Source: Setoptus koraiensis
Lineage: Eukaryota > Animalia > Arthropoda
Assembly (NCBI GenBank): GCA_048013815.1
Contig: CM106586.1
Location: 620,001 to 684,000 of the forward strand
Length of the DNA stretch: 64,000 bases
Direction: 5' to 3'
Part shown: piece after piece, positions 59,332 to 64,000 of the stretch
Position numbering within the stretch: position 1 is the first letter of the stretch
How the letters are laid out: the number at the start of each line of letters is the position of its first letter
The notes under the pieces: generated by a model
What the model was told of the DNA's origin: nothing
What the model saw: the letters and a program-made list of their open reading frames with translations, nothing else
The model's database searches: none
Program-made: the position numbers and the translations under genes

Positions 59332-59730
59332 TTATGGTTTACGGTTTAGTTGATTTGGTTTTTCGCAAATCAACAGCCTTTTATAAGATAAGCGCCTATT
59401 TCTAAGAATGTTCTGATCGAAAGGGCATATCACTGCTGGTCTAGGATGAAACTGTAAAGATGCTTCTCCACCCCATTGATAAGGTTTTTGCGTTTGAATA
59501 ACATTCTTTTGAATTGGTTGTTGCTGTTGTAATGGCTGTTGCCTGGGTTGTTGGTTTTGTGCATTAGTACTTTTGACTTCTTTAATTGATGATATCTTCT
59601 CAACATGGGCCTTATGTCTTGTTTTTATGTGATTATCTAGGGCTTGTGGTTTCAAAACTTGACTACAGATATCACATACAAGAAGGTAAAATTCATCCCA
59701 TTCTGGATATTGGTACATATTTACAGACAT
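59332..59730 (-). CDS. ATXN7: Very short ataxin-7/Sgf73-like protein (132 aa; an upstream exon is possible)
   Basis: DEFYLLVCDICSQVLKPQAL..HIKTRH resembles the ataxin-7 N-terminal zinc finger; FHPRPAVICPF resembles the conserved C-terminal HPxP..C.F motif. Confidence 0.65.
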   Translation of the reverse strand: MSVNMYQYPEWDEFYLLVCDICSQVLKPQALDNHIKTRHKAHVEKISSIKEVKSTNAQNQQPRQQPLQQQQPIQKNVIQTQKPYQWGGEASLQFHPRPAVICPFDQNILRNRRLSYKRLLICEKPNQLNRKP

Positions 59731-61691
59731 CTAATATTGTCCTTTTGGTGTGTTGATTAGGTAAATTATAAATTGTAATAATAGGAGAAAGAAAGATGTG
59801 AGTACAAGAGGGCAATGTTATTTCCCAGTATCGACATGAAATCTAATAGCAACCGATGTTATTTTTTCATTTGATTGCGGCTTGCGCACACCATTCAAAG
59901 CGCGAGTTTCGAACCTAATTTATAGTAAGAATTTATTTGGAATTCCAAGAAAAACAATAGGTTATCTTTTCCCAAAATTTTCATCGATGTCCCTCAAAAG
60001 TGTTGTCGTTGTCCAACTGCTACATGTAAATATGTCTATCAGTTACTTGACTATAATCGTCTCTTATTGCAATGCTTCTGGGCTGATAATTTATTCATTT
60101 GTGCGCAATTCAAGGTGAGATATCCTTCATAGTGTAGCATTTGCTCCATTCTGATGGCAAACAAACAAACTAAAGAAGTCATCATTTAACAGTTGACTGT
60201 TCTTACTATTTACAAATATAAAATCAACAATAATTCTACATGTGCATCGCCGATGTGAGACGAGGTCTATGATAAATGGAATTGGTTTTGCCCATGCAAT
60301 GACAGTTGGCGATAGTACTTTGATTCGTGAAACAACACGTTCACAAACGGCCGGAAAAAGTGGGTTTTTACCAAAACTCAAAATAATCAACAATCTATTT
60401 TTCTTTATCTGTACACCAGTACTGTTAGTGATTCTGCATGAAAAGAATTTACTTCTATTTTTACTCTTCTAACATATCAGGTTAGAAAAGTTGAAGTCAG
60501 GCAAGAGTCTTACTATTTGTTTAATTGACCAATTGTTAGAAGAGAGTTTTAAACAATAACAGGTATATTGAATAATATCATTGATCATTCAACTATTAGT
60601 ATGTTTGATTTGTTCACCCAACCAAATAACAACTAACAAAGTCTAACTTTTCTTTAACTTTGCTTACAGTAGTAAACTTATGACGCAAGTAACAAGTATT
60701 GTTTGGCTGGCTTCGTTTGTTAGCAACTCTTTATCTAGCTATAGCAATTAAAGTACAAGCATGTAATCAGCAACAACAACAACAACTACAGCCGCCAATA
60801 ATACTGCAAGTAAGTTGAAGTAACTTGTTGCATGCTGCTTGTTCATCGATAGAATAGTTTAACTGAATGAACCAAGTCGGTGTGAAACTTAACGGTTACG
60901 CGATAAGAAAGAGAAGGGCGTTCACTTGGGGTTAGTTAAGTCAATTCAAAGTCAAGTTCGTCGAACACTTGCACTAACGTTTTCACAATTAACTAACTAA
61001 GACATTGATAGAATTCAGAGGCTTTAGTTTTCTCTGGTTTCATTATCAGATCTTTCACCATTTCACTTAAACAAGCAAGCCTTGAATACAATATGACATT
61101 AGAACGGTATGTTCAGGGGAAAACCGTTTTCCATCGTGGAATTATGATGTCAATAAAGAATTTCTTTTTATTATAAAAAGCACCACTTAAGCATGTTTCA
61201 GCTCAGATTGATCAATTCTATGTTGGTAAGTTTAGTGTGTTTTTCTCTATTGTCACCTCCATCGGTGGCACCATGATTAATTTATTGGGTTTTTCCTACA
61301 AAACCGTTAGAAAGTCGATTATTGTTCTCCTGTGAACAACTTCTTACAGAGAGGATTCATCCAAGAAAAATAATGTGCCCGCCCATTGTGCAACTTGATT
61401 TTTCAACTAGATCTATCATTATTTTAGATGATTCCTCGCCATAAACTTTTCAACTTGACAAAAATTTGTATTTAAGGGACACTTTGTTTCTTTGGTTGTA
61501 TCAGTTTGATTTCTCAAGTACCTAACAAAGATCAACCACTCATAAACAACTAGTTATAGTTTGTTTTGACTAATCTCAAATATTACCAAAGAAAACATAT
61601 TAGCTAGACAGATCAATATACTAGAAATATCTCCAGCAATTTTACTATTGAGTAACAAGAACAGAAGCAAACATTCAACAAGAATATCACC

Positions 61692-62290
61692 ATGAACTCA
61701 GTAAACATCAATAAATCAATCAACATTTGCAATTGCATTGTAATCTTGATTGTAATTTCAGTGTCACTGATAAACGCTAGATTAATACGTCGTCCCATTC
61801 ATGATGAATACGGATATGGCCAGGACAGTTATGGAGCTATGGGTGCGCCAACAGGTGAGAGAGCGATCATAAAAGTAAGAGGAGCCCGACATCCAATTGA
61901 TGGCTCTGCTCCGCAAAAGCTTGCAATTGAGGATGACCCCTATCGCGGTCCATTACCTAGGGGTATTTATGACAATGTCGACAATTATCGCGGCCGTGCT
62001 GATTATCCATATGGAATGATGCAACAATCAAGCTATGGAGGGTAAGTTTATCGATATCATGCCGATTACTAAGAACTTTTGAGATTAAAAGATTAGCTAG
62101 ATTATTTGTGATCATTTCATTCAAAAAATACCAATGCTTTTATTGATTATAATGCTTACCATAAACTTAAAATTCATTTAAAATAATGACCAGATATGGC
62201 CGTCAACCTTACCAAGGCTATGGAATGCCATCGAGAATCGCAGTAACAGGTGCTTTCCCTTACGGTTATGGCTCCAGATATGGAAGATAG
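61692..62290 (+). CDS. Small secreted Gly/Tyr-rich protein; exons 61692-62041 and 62194-62290 (148 aa)
   Basis: Signal-like hydrophobic N-terminus; YGYG/YG repeats; phase-2 GTAAGT..CAG intron keeps the frame to a stop. Confidence 0.75.
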
Positions 62291-62728
62291 CAATATAATT
62301 AGAATGCTCTTGCTTCAAAACTAGATAGCTATTCATTTATTTCACAATATCCATACGCATTGTGTCTAATTGATAGAAGCCATTTTACAATGTGCCACTA
62401 AATGAGAGCTCCGCATGCATGATAACAAAAATTCGATTTTTTAAAAATAATTTTGATTTTGTGTCAGTAATCAAATAAAAACGAACGCCAAACCAAGCTT
62501 GTATAAATCAAAAAATTGTATATATCACAGTAGAATCGACACTGTACTCTTTGCTTTATATTGTTGTTTGCTTTGAAATTGATGCCTTTTCATATTTTTT
62601 TCACTCCTTTCAATTGATACAATTTAGGTATCGTTGATATAAGAATTGATTTCATCAATACGATGTGAATTTTTAATTAACCTTATTAACTTTATTATCA
62701 TCATCCTATATAAAATAATATCATCATA

Positions 62729-63097
62729 TTGCTAAATCAATTCAGGTTAGAAGATTTCTTTGAGCCAGATTTCAAGATTCGCGCAAAGGTTAAAGTTGCT
62801 GGCAGCAAGCCAAGCAAATGTCGTTTTATCTCAAACGCTGACAGTGAAATACCAGAGCTAGGTCTAGATTCAGCCCGTTTGAAAATTGATTGCAATCTGA
62901 ATCCCATCCGTATGGCCAATGCAGCTTTGAAAGTAGCGAAGCAATATAAGAAACATAGAAACAGTAGACAAAAGAAGAATAAAAGAGGAAGAGCTCCCGA
63001 TCGATCAGTAAGATCGAATTCCAAACATCGAACGACAACAATAGCAATAAATAAAAATGTTGTGTCAAAACATCACAGACAAAACGATTACGACTAA
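62729..63097 (+). CDS. Hypothetical basic protein (possibly a terminal exon)
   Basis: 122-codon ORF of moderate complexity with a possible acceptor at about 62746; family not recognised. Confidence 0.3.
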   Translation: MLNQFRLEDFFEPDFKIRAKVKVAGSKPSKCRFISNADSEIPELGLDSARLKIDCNLNPIRMANAALKVAKQYKKHRNSRQKKNKRGRAPDRSVRSNSKHRTTTIAINKNVVSKHHRQNDYD

Positions 63098-64000
63098 TTT
63101 GATTCCAAGTGTCAACGGTTTCATAGAAAGATAATTGCACAATGTACAAACTACTGTATTATGTTATTTCACTTAAATTGTGTCATAGAAGAAACTTTCT
63201 CAATTAATTGTTGTATACGCTGTTCTAACAAGATCAGTTAATCAGGATTAATTTGTCAGTTAGTTAGCTATCAAATGTATAAAGCAATCACTTTTATGTA
63301 TCTTTATATCAATTGTAATTACCAACCATAGCAAAGCAATGTATAATCGGTTTTAACTATAATTTATATCTATTGGCATTGTTGCACTGAAACAGTTAAA
63401 TGAGTTTTCCAAAAAACTGAAGATAAGCCGCTCCATGCCTTATAGTTTCTTTGATGGCGACCAAATGAAGAATAAAGAGTCTTCATCCCAAATAATTCAA
63501 TGTTGACAGTATTGATTGTATTGATTGTATTCTCATCGAAACGGTTCAAACAAGTAATAAGATTGCGGTAATAGTCAAACGCTATATAGAAGCTTCAATA
63601 GTTAATGAATGTCATTTGTGGTCAAAAAAAAAAGAATAATATGTAATAAATCTTTTGTGGATATATCTAGATATTTTCACAACGTTGAGATCGTTTTGAA
63701 TCAGGAGAAACTATACTCTAATGGATGTCACGTTTATCAAACAATCGATTCTTTAATTAGTGTAACTTCAACGCTGATTTAGCAACAATTAGCAAAAATC
63801 CAAGGATAGTAATGTGATTATTTATTGCGCCATCTATTAATGGTGATGAACATGTGTAGCAGTGAATACTAGTAGAGTATTTAACCTAGATTCTATATAT
63901 ATCGACAGATGGAATTCTCTCTTATTCGATGATTCAATATATGAACATAGAAAAAAAAAGATATGAAGGAAGGGAAGGAGAGAAAGGGAAAGAGAGCAAA

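Noticed and set aside
59870-59915. ggttcgaaac on the minus strand as a tRNA T-arm
   Set aside because: The upstream sequence is AT-rich and cannot form the other arms.

Overview
Eukaryotic DNA from a compact, intron-poor arthropod genome (plausibly a mite; inferred, not proven), with two 500-N gaps. It has two sharply separated halves. About 1-37.2 kb is a nested repeat cluster. It holds two arrays of a 157-bp satellite, a family of non-autonomous Helentron-type elements that carry the same 157-bp unit internally, and a structurally complete 11.6-kb Helentron. That Helentron encodes HUH Rep, PIF1 helicase, a degenerate APE-like endonuclease and an Ulp1/C48-like protease. The cluster also has truncated Ty3/gypsy and Ty1/copia elements, a pogo/Tigger transposon and an orphan secreted-protein ORF. 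About 37.3-64 kb is ordinary gene-dense sequence: CCDC22, Atg1/ULK, LAPTM4-like, CISD, talin, Cdc37, mRpS21, ataxin-7-like and a Gly/Tyr-rich secreted protein. Best leads: a half-length talin lacking rod domains R3-R10 and apparently F0; satellite DNA expanding from inside a Helentron family; and the Helentron's odd architecture, with matching repeat arrays on both sides of the ORF and a chain of hairpins near its 3' end. All domain calls come from motif recognition by eye; no database search was run.
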